From positions 11,594 to 75,593 of the IMG/VR virus record IMGVR_UViG_3300030060_008394: 64,000 nucleotides of DNA; one strand, given 5' to 3'. How positions within the stretch are numbered: position 1 is the stretch's first letter; each line of letters starts with the position of its first letter. A model generated the notes under the pieces. The model made no database searches. It was not told where the DNA came from and worked only from the letters and a program-made list of their open reading frames with translations. A program made the translations under genes and the position numbers. Positions 56,901 through 64,000 of this stretch are shown piece after piece. Source of the stretch: a virus.

Positions 56901-57884
56901 TTAAAATAAGTCCTCTTCATCAAATGATTGGTTTTTCTTAGAGTATTCTGTAGGTCTAGTATGGAAGAAATCTGCCATATTATTACCCATCAACTCCTCT
57001 TCAAACCACATTGTAGCCTCTAAAGCATCATTATCAATATCAAACGGCGCTTTAAATCCTATTTGATCAAGAGAACTAATAATCCGATTTTTTATGAAGC
57101 CTTTTAAAAGAGCCGCATTCAATCCTGATTCCTGATAACCATTTACCATCCAATCGACTATCTTACTCTCCGCCTCTAGAGCCTCTTCTGCTTCGTGAAG
57201 AATTCTTTCTTCAAGCTCATCATCAAATAACTCCGGGCTCTCTTCTCTTATAGTGTTAATAATTTTTATACCTACTAGTGCGTGAATATTCTCTTCGTTT
57301 CTTGTATACTTTACTTGTTGGTCTGTGTCTTTAAGAACATTTTTATTTCTAGCAAACCAATTAATAATATAAAACTGTGAAAATAAAGATACATTTTCTA
57401 CAAAAAGAGTAAACAAAATAAGAGCGTATAAGTATTGCTTTTTACTATTTTTATAAAATTTATGAGTATACTTTCGTAGATAATTTACTCTTCCTTGTAT
57501 CCATTCTAACTTAAGATTTTCTTCAAAAATATCTTCTAGTCCGAGTATACTAATAAGTCTTTCATATGCGTTATTATGTATAACTTCAACATTAGCCATT
57601 ACATAACCGAGATCAGATAAAGAAGGGTGAGGTAAATTCTCACCCAACTTAGCCCAAAACGTCTTTACTGCTACCTCAATCTGACCAATAGCAGATAAAG
57701 TTCGTACAATAATTTCTCTCTCTTGATCTGAAAGTTCAACTTTAAATTGTTGAATATCTGATTTAAATGAAAATTCTTTATCAGTCCAAAATCCATTATG
57801 CATTGCTTCTATGAACTGTTCCGTCCATGGGTAGCGATTTGGTTTTCTTGATACTTGCTCTGTAAATATAGTACTCCCGTCCAT
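56901..57884 (-). CDS. nrdB: Class I ribonucleotide reductase beta subunit, class Id-like
   Basis: Ligands E70, E100, H103, E163, E198, H201 plus K74 and Y107 (own count). Confidence 0.9.
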   Translation of the reverse strand: MDGSTIFTEQVSRKPNRYPWTEQFIEAMHNGFWTDKEFSFKSDIQQFKVELSDQEREIIVRTLSAIGQIEVAVKTFWAKLGENLPHPSLSDLGYVMANVEVIHNNAYERLISILGLEDIFEENLKLEWIQGRVNYLRKYTHKFYKNSKKQYLYALILFTLFVENVSLFSQFYIINWFARNKNVLKDTDQQVKYTRNEENIHALVGIKIINTIREESPELFDDELEERILHEAEEALEAESKIVDWMVNGYQESGLNAALLKGFIKNRIISSLDQIGFKAPFDIDNDALEATMWFEEELMGNNMADFFHTRPTEYSKKNQSFDEEDLF

Positions 57885-57907
57885 TCCTTATTTCTATGTA
57901 TTGAAGG

Positions 57908-58141
57908 TTAAACGGGTACTGTTGTCTTAAGACCACCACCAGGGAGAGAAAATGTTTTTACTTGTTTCTTACCATTAGTACTCTCCACTGTAACTGTCAT
58001 AAGGTTACCTGACATATATGGTTGTGAAACAATATTACCCCCAACAGTAATAACTCTATATAATTGTCCTGTACCTGCTTCAAATATTTTTACTGTACTA
58101 CTTGAGCCCTGTTGCGCGATAAATTGTTTAGTCTTGTTCAT
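57908..58141 (-). CDS. Hypothetical protein
   Basis: 77-aa ORF within the PRTase-nrd transcription unit. Confidence 0.6.
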   Translation of the reverse strand: MNKTKQFIAQQGSSSTVKIFEAGTGQLYRVITVGGNIVSQPYMSGNLMTVTVESTNGKKQVKTFSLPGGGLKTTVPV

Positions 58142-58496
58142 AGTTTCTGATATTATTTATGAAAGCAGATACTTCAGGATCAGATTTATGTGTAGCAAAG
58201 TTTAAAGTATTTGAAATCTTTTTTGCAGTTTGCGATGCTTGAACTTTATGAAATTCAATAAGTTCTACTACCTGCTGAGAATCCGACTCAGGTAAACCTT
58301 CTGTATCAACATTTAATATATTTCTTATCTCTTGAATAGAGTATCCTTTATTTAAATAGTTCTTTGCTTTCTGAGTTATAAAATATTTTTTTAAGTTAGC
58401 TTCATCAACATAGTCAGCTACTTTTTTGTCATAGTAATCTTGACCATATGTATAGCTTTTCCCGGTAATTAAACATGTAATCTTTCTGCTAGCCAT
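58128..58496 (-). CDS. Hypothetical protein
   Basis: 122-aa ORF; upstream TTGTTT-N16-TAAAAT-like element (58504-58531). Confidence 0.6.
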   Translation of the reverse strand: MASRKITCLITGKSYTYGQDYYDKKVADYVDEANLKKYFITQKAKNYLNKGYSIQEIRNILNVDTEGLPESDSQQVVELIEFHKVQASQTAKKISNTLNFATHKSDPEVSAFINNIRNYEQD

Positions 58497-58511
58497 CGTT
58501 TATATTTTAAT

Positions 58512-58958
58512 CTACTCCCACGGAAAAACAATCCACTTATCATCTGGTACTACCATTCCATAATGATCTAACTGATCAGTATGTTTTTCTTTAGTATAAA
58601 TGCATGCTGTAGTATAATTAATAGCACCTAACCCTAACCGTGTAGTAATCTCTTTCATAGTATCGCCTGTATCACATATATCATCAACAACGAGAATATG
58701 TAAATCATCATTGTTTTCAGATAGTTCATAAAAATTTATAGCCTGCGTCAAATGGAAATTTTCTGTTTTCTTCGTTCCTTCATACGAACTAATACCATAA
58801 GACAGAAGAGGTTTATCTAATGCATAACTAATTACCGTTGCTGGTATTAACCCACCTCTCGCAAGTCCAACGACATGAGTAACGTTATCCTTTAACCTCT
58901 TTGTGATTATTCGCGCGTAAAAATTAATTTCATCATATGAAACATTATGCTCTTCCAT
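58512..58958 (-). CDS. Purine phosphoribosyltransferase (Gpt/Hpt-like)
   Basis: VVGLARGGLIPA, ILVVDDICDTGDT (PRPP-binding loop), WIVFPWE. Confidence 0.88.
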   Translation of the reverse strand: MEEHNVSYDEINFYARIITKRLKDNVTHVVGLARGGLIPATVISYALDKPLLSYGISSYEGTKKTENFHLTQAINFYELSENNDDLHILVVDDICDTGDTMKEITTRLGLGAINYTTACIYTKEKHTDQLDHYGMVVPDDKWIVFPWE

Positions 58959-58964
58959 ATATGA

Positions 58965-59008
58965 ATTATATTATTAACCTTTTATTTTTCAATCGTTTGT
59001 AATAAATA
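58965..59008. promoter_or_regulatory. Divergent promoter pair: minus TTGAAA-N16-TATAAT and plus TAAATA
   Basis: Minus -35 at 58987-58992, -10 at 58965-58970 (6 nt to ATG 58958); plus TAAATA 59003-59008, 5 nt to GTG 59014. Confidence 0.65.
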
Positions 59009-59013
59009 TATAC

Positions 59014-59409
59014 GTGAGTAACGACTTTGAAAAGATACAAAAGATTTATGAGGAAGGCTTTCGAGGTCAACACGCCATATTGAGGAGTTATGGTCCTAAT
59101 ATGAAGTATACACCTGGTAAAGCGCCTCCTGGATACACCCTATCTAATACACCAGGTCATCTCCCACTTGCAAGTCCCGATACAGGAAAACAACGACCGG
59201 TGGGAGGTGAAGGTGCAATGCAAGGATTAACGGTACCTATAGATGAAGAGGGTGCCATAGAGAAAGCTTCCATCATCAATCATGATGTTCTTGACAAAGT
59301 AGATGAGCTTCTAGATGAGGCCGAAAAAGATGAAATGGAATATGCTATTTTACAGTTGTCGAGATTAAGAGAACATGTCATTTCTCTTTCTCAGGGTAAA
59401 CGCGATTAA
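59014..59409 (+). CDS. Hypothetical late protein
   Basis: 131-aa ORF with TAAATA-N5-GTG. Confidence 0.6.
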   Translation: MSNDFEKIQKIYEEGFRGQHAILRSYGPNMKYTPGKAPPGYTLSNTPGHLPLASPDTGKQRPVGGEGAMQGLTVPIDEEGAIEKASIINHDVLDKVDELLDEAEKDEMEYAILQLSRLREHVISLSQGKRD

Positions 59410-59665
59410 GCAATAAGTAGTTTGCTAGATAGATAAGATAGCAAGTACCACTGCTATACAAAGCAAAAAGAATATTATTGTAACTGCTAGCATAAGTACC
59501 GATTAAAAGCCCGGTCCAGAAGCCTGTACAAAGAGAACAATTAAGTAAATCTTTAAAAAATTTTATTTTTGTAATTTTGTCTCTAGCAAAATTTAAAATT
59601 TTTGCCTCCATTAATATATAACAGAGGCCATATGAAGCAAAAGTATAAAATAATAAATCAGCCAT
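59378..59665 (-). CDS. DUF1360-like membrane protein
   Basis: Hydrophobic, FFKDLLNCSLCTGFWTG (CxxC..FW). Confidence 0.6.
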   Translation of the reverse strand: MADLLFYTFASYGLCYILMEAKILNFARDKITKIKFFKDLLNCSLCTGFWTGLLIGTYASSYNNILFALYSSGTCYLIYLANYLLLNRVYPEKEK

Positions 59666-59858
59666 TTAAGAGCTGTTGATCGTCGTCAATGGTATTGACT
59701 GCATCACCCATAAGCTTGAGCTCTTCCTTTTTCACAACAATAGCATTACCATCATCATCAGTCACCTTATAATGGTCGTCGTCAATTTTTTCAACAACCG
59801 GGCAACCAGACTTCCCGCAACATACTCTTACACTACTTTCTGTGAGTCTTTTAATCAT
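59658..59858 (-). CDS. Small Cys-containing hypothetical protein
   Basis: CCGKSGCP motif; TAAATA (59864-59869, minus) 5 nt before ATG. Confidence 0.6.
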   Translation of the reverse strand: MIKRLTESSVRVCCGKSGCPVVEKIDDDHYKVTDDDGNAIVVKKEELKLMGDAVNTIDDDQQLLNG

Positions 59859-59862
59859 ATAA

Positions 59863-60603
59863 TTATTTATTAAAAGCGGCTTCTAATGCACTCTTTATTT
59901 TATCTTCTGCACGAGAATCTACATCATCTTTTCTCCCTGGAGAAATTTCTCTATGTGTAGTTACGGTGGATAAATCTTTCGGCCAACCCCACTTTTCGAA
60001 TCTAGGAACCAGCCACTCAACAGCTGAAGCTACTTCATCATCTGTAAGTTCTCTCGCATTAGTATTACCACTAAAAGATAAGCCAAGTAGAAATCCATTA
60101 CAATTCGTTCTACCATTAAAGTTAGATTTTCCAGCATGCCAACATCTACGATCATCATCCGCGAAAATAGTTCTTTCTCCATTTGTATCGATAATACAAT
60201 GATACGACACTTGTGATTTAGATTGACATATCCAGCTTACTGAACCAGCATATGATCCAGAAGAATGATGTAATACTACACCCTCAGGTCTAATTCTTGA
60301 AGAAGAAACATTTGGTGAAGGTTTACTTACTTCTGGATAGGACCCATCAACAGCACTGGATGTTACTTTAGCCGTAGTGGGTTTATTACCCAATCCTAAT
60401 GCTTCTAAAATAGTTTTTGCTGTGTTCGGTCCGTAAGCTCCATCCGTAAGAGAGTTTGTTTTCTTTTGAATAATTTTAGTTAACTCTTCTTTAGTAAATC
60501 CTAACTTACCAATAATTTTTAAAGCAGTGTTCTTACCATAAACACCATCTGCCGTTGCTCCAACAGCCTCTTGTATCTTCTTTGTTGTATCTTTAAGTGC
60601 CAT
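59863..60603 (-). CDS. Endolysin: peptidoglycan-binding repeats plus N-acetylmuramoyl-L-alanine amidase (Amidase_2)
   Basis: ADGVYGKNT and TDGAYGPNT repeats; VVLHHS, SYHCII, CWHAG, TTHREISPGRKDD; start moved to ATG 60603 (TAAATA 60609-60614). Confidence 0.88.
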   Translation of the reverse strand: MALKDTTKKIQEAVGATADGVYGKNTALKIIGKLGFTKEELTKIIQKKTNSLTDGAYGPNTAKTILEALGLGNKPTTAKVTSSAVDGSYPEVSKPSPNVSSSRIRPEGVVLHHSSGSYAGSVSWICQSKSQVSYHCIIDTNGERTIFADDDRRCWHAGKSNFNGRTNCNGFLLGLSFSGNTNARELTDDEVASAVEWLVPRFEKWGWPKDLSTVTTHREISPGRKDDVDSRAEDKIKSALEAAFNK

Positions 60604-60656
60604 GAAAGTATTTATATAAAATGTTGTAAAATGAACTAGCACGGATAAATACTTTT

Positions 60657-60923
60657 ATGGATATGATACTTGAATTCATTAGTGACAAACCTTGGTTTGG
60701 TCTAGTAGCTGCAATTATTGCTGCAGCAGCTGCTTTTTGTGCAGCAACTCCAACTCCTAAAGAGGGTACATGGATTTCTAAAGCTTATAAAGCTATAGAA
60801 TTTCTTGCTCTTAATATTGGTAAAGCAAAAGCAAAAGCTGTTGTTGAAGAAAAAGTTGAAGAGACTGTAAAAGATGCTGTTGCTGATGTAGTTGCCAAAG
60901 CTACAAAAAAAGCCAAGAAGTAA
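60657..60923 (+). CDS. Holin-like small membrane protein
   Basis: N-terminal TM (WFGLVAAIIAAAAAFCAA), ATPTPK motif, basic C-terminal tail; divergent from the endolysin; TAAATA 60646-60651. Confidence 0.5.
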   Translation: MDMILEFISDKPWFGLVAAIIAAAAAFCAATPTPKEGTWISKAYKAIEFLALNIGKAKAKAVVEEKVEETVKDAVADVVAKATKKAKK

Positions 60924-60931
60924 CTAATACC

Positions 60932-61204
60932 ATGGCTGGTGGGTTAATAAAAGGTGTTTTAAGAGCTCTTGTAGCTTATTTAGAGCTTCGAAATAAAACA
61001 CACTATCACCGTGTAGTTACTGAGTCAAGAGATAAACAAAAGAAATTAATAAATGAAATTGAAACATTACGCACTACTGGCGACGTCGATTCTAATGATC
61101 GGGCTGACATCTTGCGGGACGAGCTCCTCGACGAAAAGCGGCACCTTGAACATCTATCAGCCTTCTACCTTAAATCTGTCGAAGGGAGTACCGATTCAAA
61201 GTAA
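60932..61204 (+). CDS. Putative inner-membrane spanin (Rz-like)
   Basis: Short apolar N-terminus, helical charged body; overlaps a lipoprotein gene; lysis-gene context. Confidence 0.4.
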   Translation: MAGGLIKGVLRALVAYLELRNKTHYHRVVTESRDKQKKLINEIETLRTTGDVDSNDRADILRDELLDEKRHLEHLSAFYLKSVEGSTDSK

Positions 61205-61307
61205 AGAAGGGGTATATACACCGCAGACAGATGAAGTTTGGCATTCTGATGCTCGCTTTAGAAAGCTTGAAAGACAGCTTTACTTTAAGCCTACCTCTGG
61301 CAAGTAG
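61053..61307 (+). CDS. Lipoprotein, putative outer-membrane spanin (Rz1-like)
   Basis: MKLKHYALLATSILMIGLTS-C lipobox; 152-nt overlap with the preceding gene in another frame. Confidence 0.55.
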   Translation: MKLKHYALLATSILMIGLTSCGTSSSTKSGTLNIYQPSTLNLSKGVPIQSKEGVYTPQTDEVWHSDARFRKLERQLYFKPTSGK

Positions 61308-61335
61308 TTGAATCTCTACATGTATATAGTATAAT
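61308..61335 (+). promoter_or_regulatory. Sigma70-like promoter TTGAAT-N16-TATAAT
   Basis: TTGAAT 61308-61313, TATAAT 61330-61335, 7 nt before ATG 61343. Confidence 0.65.
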
Positions 61336-61342
61336 ATATGCT

Positions 61343-61555
61343 ATGAGTAAGGGAGATAAACCACGACCACTTTCTATATCCTATCAACAATATAGCGATA
61401 ACTACGAAGCTATATTTGGAAAAAAAGATACACAACAAGCTCTCTATGATGGGCTAACAGATGAAGAGATAGTGGAGGCAGAAAAACGTATCGATATTAT
61501 TGGTCAAAATGGTAATGATGGTCTTCATTATGATGAAGTAGATGGAGAATCTTGA
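61343..61555 (+). CDS. Small hypothetical protein
   Basis: 70 aa, MSKGDKPRP N-terminus; directly behind a promoter. Confidence 0.65.
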   Translation: MSKGDKPRPLSISYQQYSDNYEAIFGKKDTQQALYDGLTDEEIVEAEKRIDIIGQNGNDGLHYDEVDGES

Positions 61556-61745
61556 ATATATATTTCCCCAAGATCTCAAGATGTGGGCAAAAAGCGCTGG
61601 TCGGAAATTTTTAGAAGCGCAAGACAAAATTAAAACTCTATCTACTAATAATATTTCTGCGAGCGCTTATTGGGATGAAGATAGTAATGTTGCAATTGTG
61701 ACTGAAGAGGGTAAAATATTTACATATGGCAAAAAAGACAAATAG
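61542..61745 (+). CDS. Small hypothetical protein
   Basis: 67-aa ORF overlapping both neighbours. Confidence 0.55.
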   Translation: MENLEYIFPQDLKMWAKSAGRKFLEAQDKIKTLSTNNISASAYWDEDSNVAIVTEEGKIFTYGKKDK

Positions 61746-61866
61746 TACAACTTGGAAAGTAAGTGATCGTAAACCTAAAAAAACCAGACAAGGTATTTCT
61801 AGAAACTCTAAAGGTCATAAAAAATATCGCGGTCAGGGAGGACCATGTAAGAGGAGAAAGAAATAA
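61726..61866 (+). CDS. Small basic protein, 46 aa, absent from the ORF track
   Basis: Own translation: MAKKTNSTTWKVSDRKPKKTRQGISRNSKGHKKYRGQGGPCKRRKK; fills the gap exactly. Confidence 0.6.
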   Translation: MAKKTNSTTWKVSDRKPKKTRQGISRNSKGHKKYRGQGGPCKRRKK

Positions 61867-61868
61867 CT

Positions 61869-62657
61869 GTGATTGGGTTTAATAAACTTGGTAATAATGG
61901 CCATGTTGGAAACCAAATGTTTCAATATGCGTCTTTGATGGGTATTGCATCACATAATAACTATGAGTGGGCTATTGCTCCTCATGAGTGTTTTGGAAAA
62001 GATTATGCAGAGTTAAGAAGTAGTATATATGATTGTTTTAAAATACCTTCTGCGAAAAATCAATTACTAATAGACGGGCCAGAGGTTCTTGAACCGACAC
62101 CACATTTCAATGAAGAATTTTTTAACAACTGCCCAGATAATATTACAATACAAGGGTATCTTCAAGATGAAAAATATTTTAAGCATATAAAGGAAGATAT
62201 ATTAAAAGAGTTTACCTTTATTGATAGTATACAAGCAGAAGCTGAATCTTTTATAAAACAATACGATAGACAAAAAGTATCTGTACATGTTAGAAGAACA
62301 GATTATATTGATGGACCTGCTTCGACAAATCGATCATTAACACCATTAGATTATTATAAACGCGCTTTAAGCTTATTTAAAAAGACAACTTTTTTTATTT
62401 TTTCTGATGATGTAGAATGGTGTAGAAAAGTGTTTCAAGGCGATAATGCCGTATTCCCGGATCGTAATGCTTACGTAGATTTATGTATAATGTCACTTTG
62501 TGATCATAATATAATTACTAATAGCTCTTATAGTTGGTGGGCATCATATATAAATAAAAACCCTAATAAGCAAGTTATTGCTCCTCCAAGTAGTAGTTGG
62601 TTAGACTATAGAGATGCGAGTCATATGTATCTAGATAACTGGACTATTATAGATTAA
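61869..62657 (+). CDS. GT11 (alpha-1,2-fucosyltransferase-like) glycosyltransferase, third copy
   Basis: GHVGNQMFQYA, QGYLQ, VHVRRTDY, FSDD.EWC, NSSYSWW. Confidence 0.85.
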   Translation: MIGFNKLGNNGHVGNQMFQYASLMGIASHNNYEWAIAPHECFGKDYAELRSSIYDCFKIPSAKNQLLIDGPEVLEPTPHFNEEFFNNCPDNITIQGYLQDEKYFKHIKEDILKEFTFIDSIQAEAESFIKQYDRQKVSVHVRRTDYIDGPASTNRSLTPLDYYKRALSLFKKTTFFIFSDDVEWCRKVFQGDNAVFPDRNAYVDLCIMSLCDHNIITNSSYSWWASYINKNPNKQVIAPPSSSWLDYRDASHMYLDNWTIID

Positions 62658-62660
62658 ATT

Positions 62661-62676
62661 ACGTAGTTTTCTACGT
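62661..62676 (+). terminator. Weak hairpin after GT11
   Basis: acgtag-tttt-ctacgt 6-bp stem in the intergenic gap; no clear U-tract. Confidence 0.3.
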
Positions 62677-62697
62677 TAAAGTCGTATAAATATTGTT

Positions 62698-64000
62698 ATG
62701 GTTAAAACTATAACAATTTTTTTATGTCTACTTTGCTCTAATATTTTAGCAAATCAAACTGTTGATCATAGTAAAGAGATAGATAGAATTATTGCTAATG
62801 ATTTAAGGAATAAAAGAATAGAATTACCTGTTGTTGTTAACCCTTATATATTTGTTAGAAGAGCATATATTGATATCGCTGGTAGAATACCAACGTATGA
62901 AGAATGGAAGTCGTTTATAAAAAGACCAGATCGTAAAAAATTAATTAACGATCTACAAAACTCTAAAGGTTATACAGAGAGTATGTTTAACTTTTATGCT
63001 GATCTTCTTAGAATAAAGAGACGCCTTTCTAATAATATAGACGGTGATACTTATATCTCTTGGGTCAGACAAGAGATAGAAAACAATACTCCATATGACG
63101 AGTTTATTAAAAAGATTTTAACAGCACAGGGTAACATATGGGAAAATCCAGAAGTTGGATATTTCTTAAGAGATGAAGGAATGTTACTTGATAATGTAAG
63201 TAATACATTTCAAGCTTTTGCAGGTATGAATATTAGTTGTGCTCAATGTCATGATCATCCATTTGATGATTGGACACAGATGGATTACTATAACATGACA
63301 GCATTTTTTACTCAGTTAAATACAAGAGGTGATAAGGAAGATAGAAAAGAATTTCAACGATTAAGAAAAGAAGCAGAAGAGTTAGACAAATCCGGAAAGC
63401 AAAAAGGTTCAACAAATAGGATAGGACAATTTTATAGACATGGTTATCAACATACAATAGTACAGGATCAAGATAAAAAATTAAAGCTTCCAGATGATTA
63501 TAAGTATAGAGATGCTGAACCTGGAGAAGTAGTAAAAGCTGAAACTGCTGTAGGGGATAGAGTTAAAGAGAAGCGCAAAAGAGAAGGGTTAAGAGATAGT
63601 TTCGCAAATTGGTTAGCTAATGATACACATCCAACATTTGCTGCTAATATTGTAAACCGGTTATGGGATAGATCGTTTGGCTTTCCATTGATAGATAATT
63701 TAAATGAAGTAGCTTTGTTTGATGAAATAAAGGATGGTCGTAACACTCGATTAATAGAATACTTAGTAAGGGTTATGAAAGAAGTTGATTATGATTTAAA
63801 GAAGTTTAATAATATTTTATATAACACTAAGTTCTATCAAGCTAAAATTGATCCTGATAACGAGTTTAAAGGGCCTGTTTTAAGGAGAATGACAAGTGCA
63901 CAATTGTGGGATTCTATAGTAACACTTTATCAAGGTGACCCGGACATGTGGCAGCCCAAGGATAGAAAGCAGGATTATATAGATCTCTTTACTGGACTAC
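62698..64000 (+). CDS. DUF1549/DUF1553-like exported CxxCH protein (3'-truncated, absent from the ORF track)
   Basis: Own translation: signal peptide MVKTITIFLCLLCSNILA, FVRRAYIDIAGRIPT, WVRQEIENNTPYDEF, CAQCHDHPFDDWTQ.DYY..AFF, FAANIVNRLW, RRMTSAQLWDSI; TATAAATA 5 nt before ATG. Confidence 0.85.
   Translation, partial: MVKTITIFLCLLCSNILANQTVDHSKEIDRIIANDLRNKRIELPVVVNPYIFVRRAYIDIAGRIPTYEEWKSFIKRPDRKKLINDLQNSKGYTESMFNFYADLLRIKRRLSNNIDGDTYISWVRQEIENNTPYDEFIKKILTAQGNIWENPEVGYFLRDEGMLLDNVSNTFQAFAGMNISCAQCHDHPFDDWTQMDYYNMTAFFTQLNTRGDKEDRKEFQRLRKEAEELDKSGKQKGSTNRIGQFYRHGYQHTIVQDQDKKLKLPDDYKYRDAEPGEVVKAETAVGDRVKEKRKREGLRDSFANWLANDTHPTFAANIVNRLWDRSFGFPLIDNLNEVALFDEIKDGRNTRLIEYLVRVMKEVDYDLKKFNNILYNTKFYQAKIDPDNEFKGPVLRRMTSAQLWDSIVTLYQGDPDMWQPKDRKQDYIDLFTGL

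Noticed and set aside
55252-57884. Introns or inteins in nrdA/nrdB or the helicase
   Set aside because: ORFs are continuous and of minimal length; no intein C1/HN motifs or endonuclease insertions seen
63498-63746. 82-aa minus-strand ORF near the window end
   Set aside because: Antisense to the DUF1549/DUF1553-like gene, which is the real coding frame
1-64000. Stop-codon reassignment or tRNA genes
   Set aside because: Long genes are intact in the standard code and TAA, TAG and TGA all end genes; the few intergenic gaps are short and I saw no cloverleaf

Overview
This is a 64 kb segment of an AT-rich, T4-like (large myovirus) phage genome. From left to right it holds: a glycosyltransferase and nucleotide-sugar island (1-11.7 kb) containing a gp62-like clamp-loader subunit; GroES-like and DinG-like helicase genes; a rearranged head/neck module (gp15, gp20, gp13, gp4, gp21, gp67-like, gp22, gp23); two giant Cys-rich, internally repeated fibre genes on the minus strand; an operon with QueF, a P-loop kinase, a formyltransferase and a GT2, plus a separate TGT/DpdA-like gene, together suggesting 7-deazaguanine DNA hypermodification; a curli-like cassette (CsgF, CsgG, curlin) joined to FecR and a CHASE2 adenylate cyclase; a split gp5; ClpP; a class Id-type ribonucleotide reductase; a PRTase; a lysis cassette; and a partial DUF1549/DUF1553-like CxxCH protein that points to a Verrucomicrobia/Planctomycetes host. 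The clearest non-coding signal is a TAAATA box exactly 5 nt before the start codon of 15 genes, alongside a second promoter class with a 16-nt spacer; both suggest leaderless transcripts. All family assignments come from motif recognition by eye, with no database searches.
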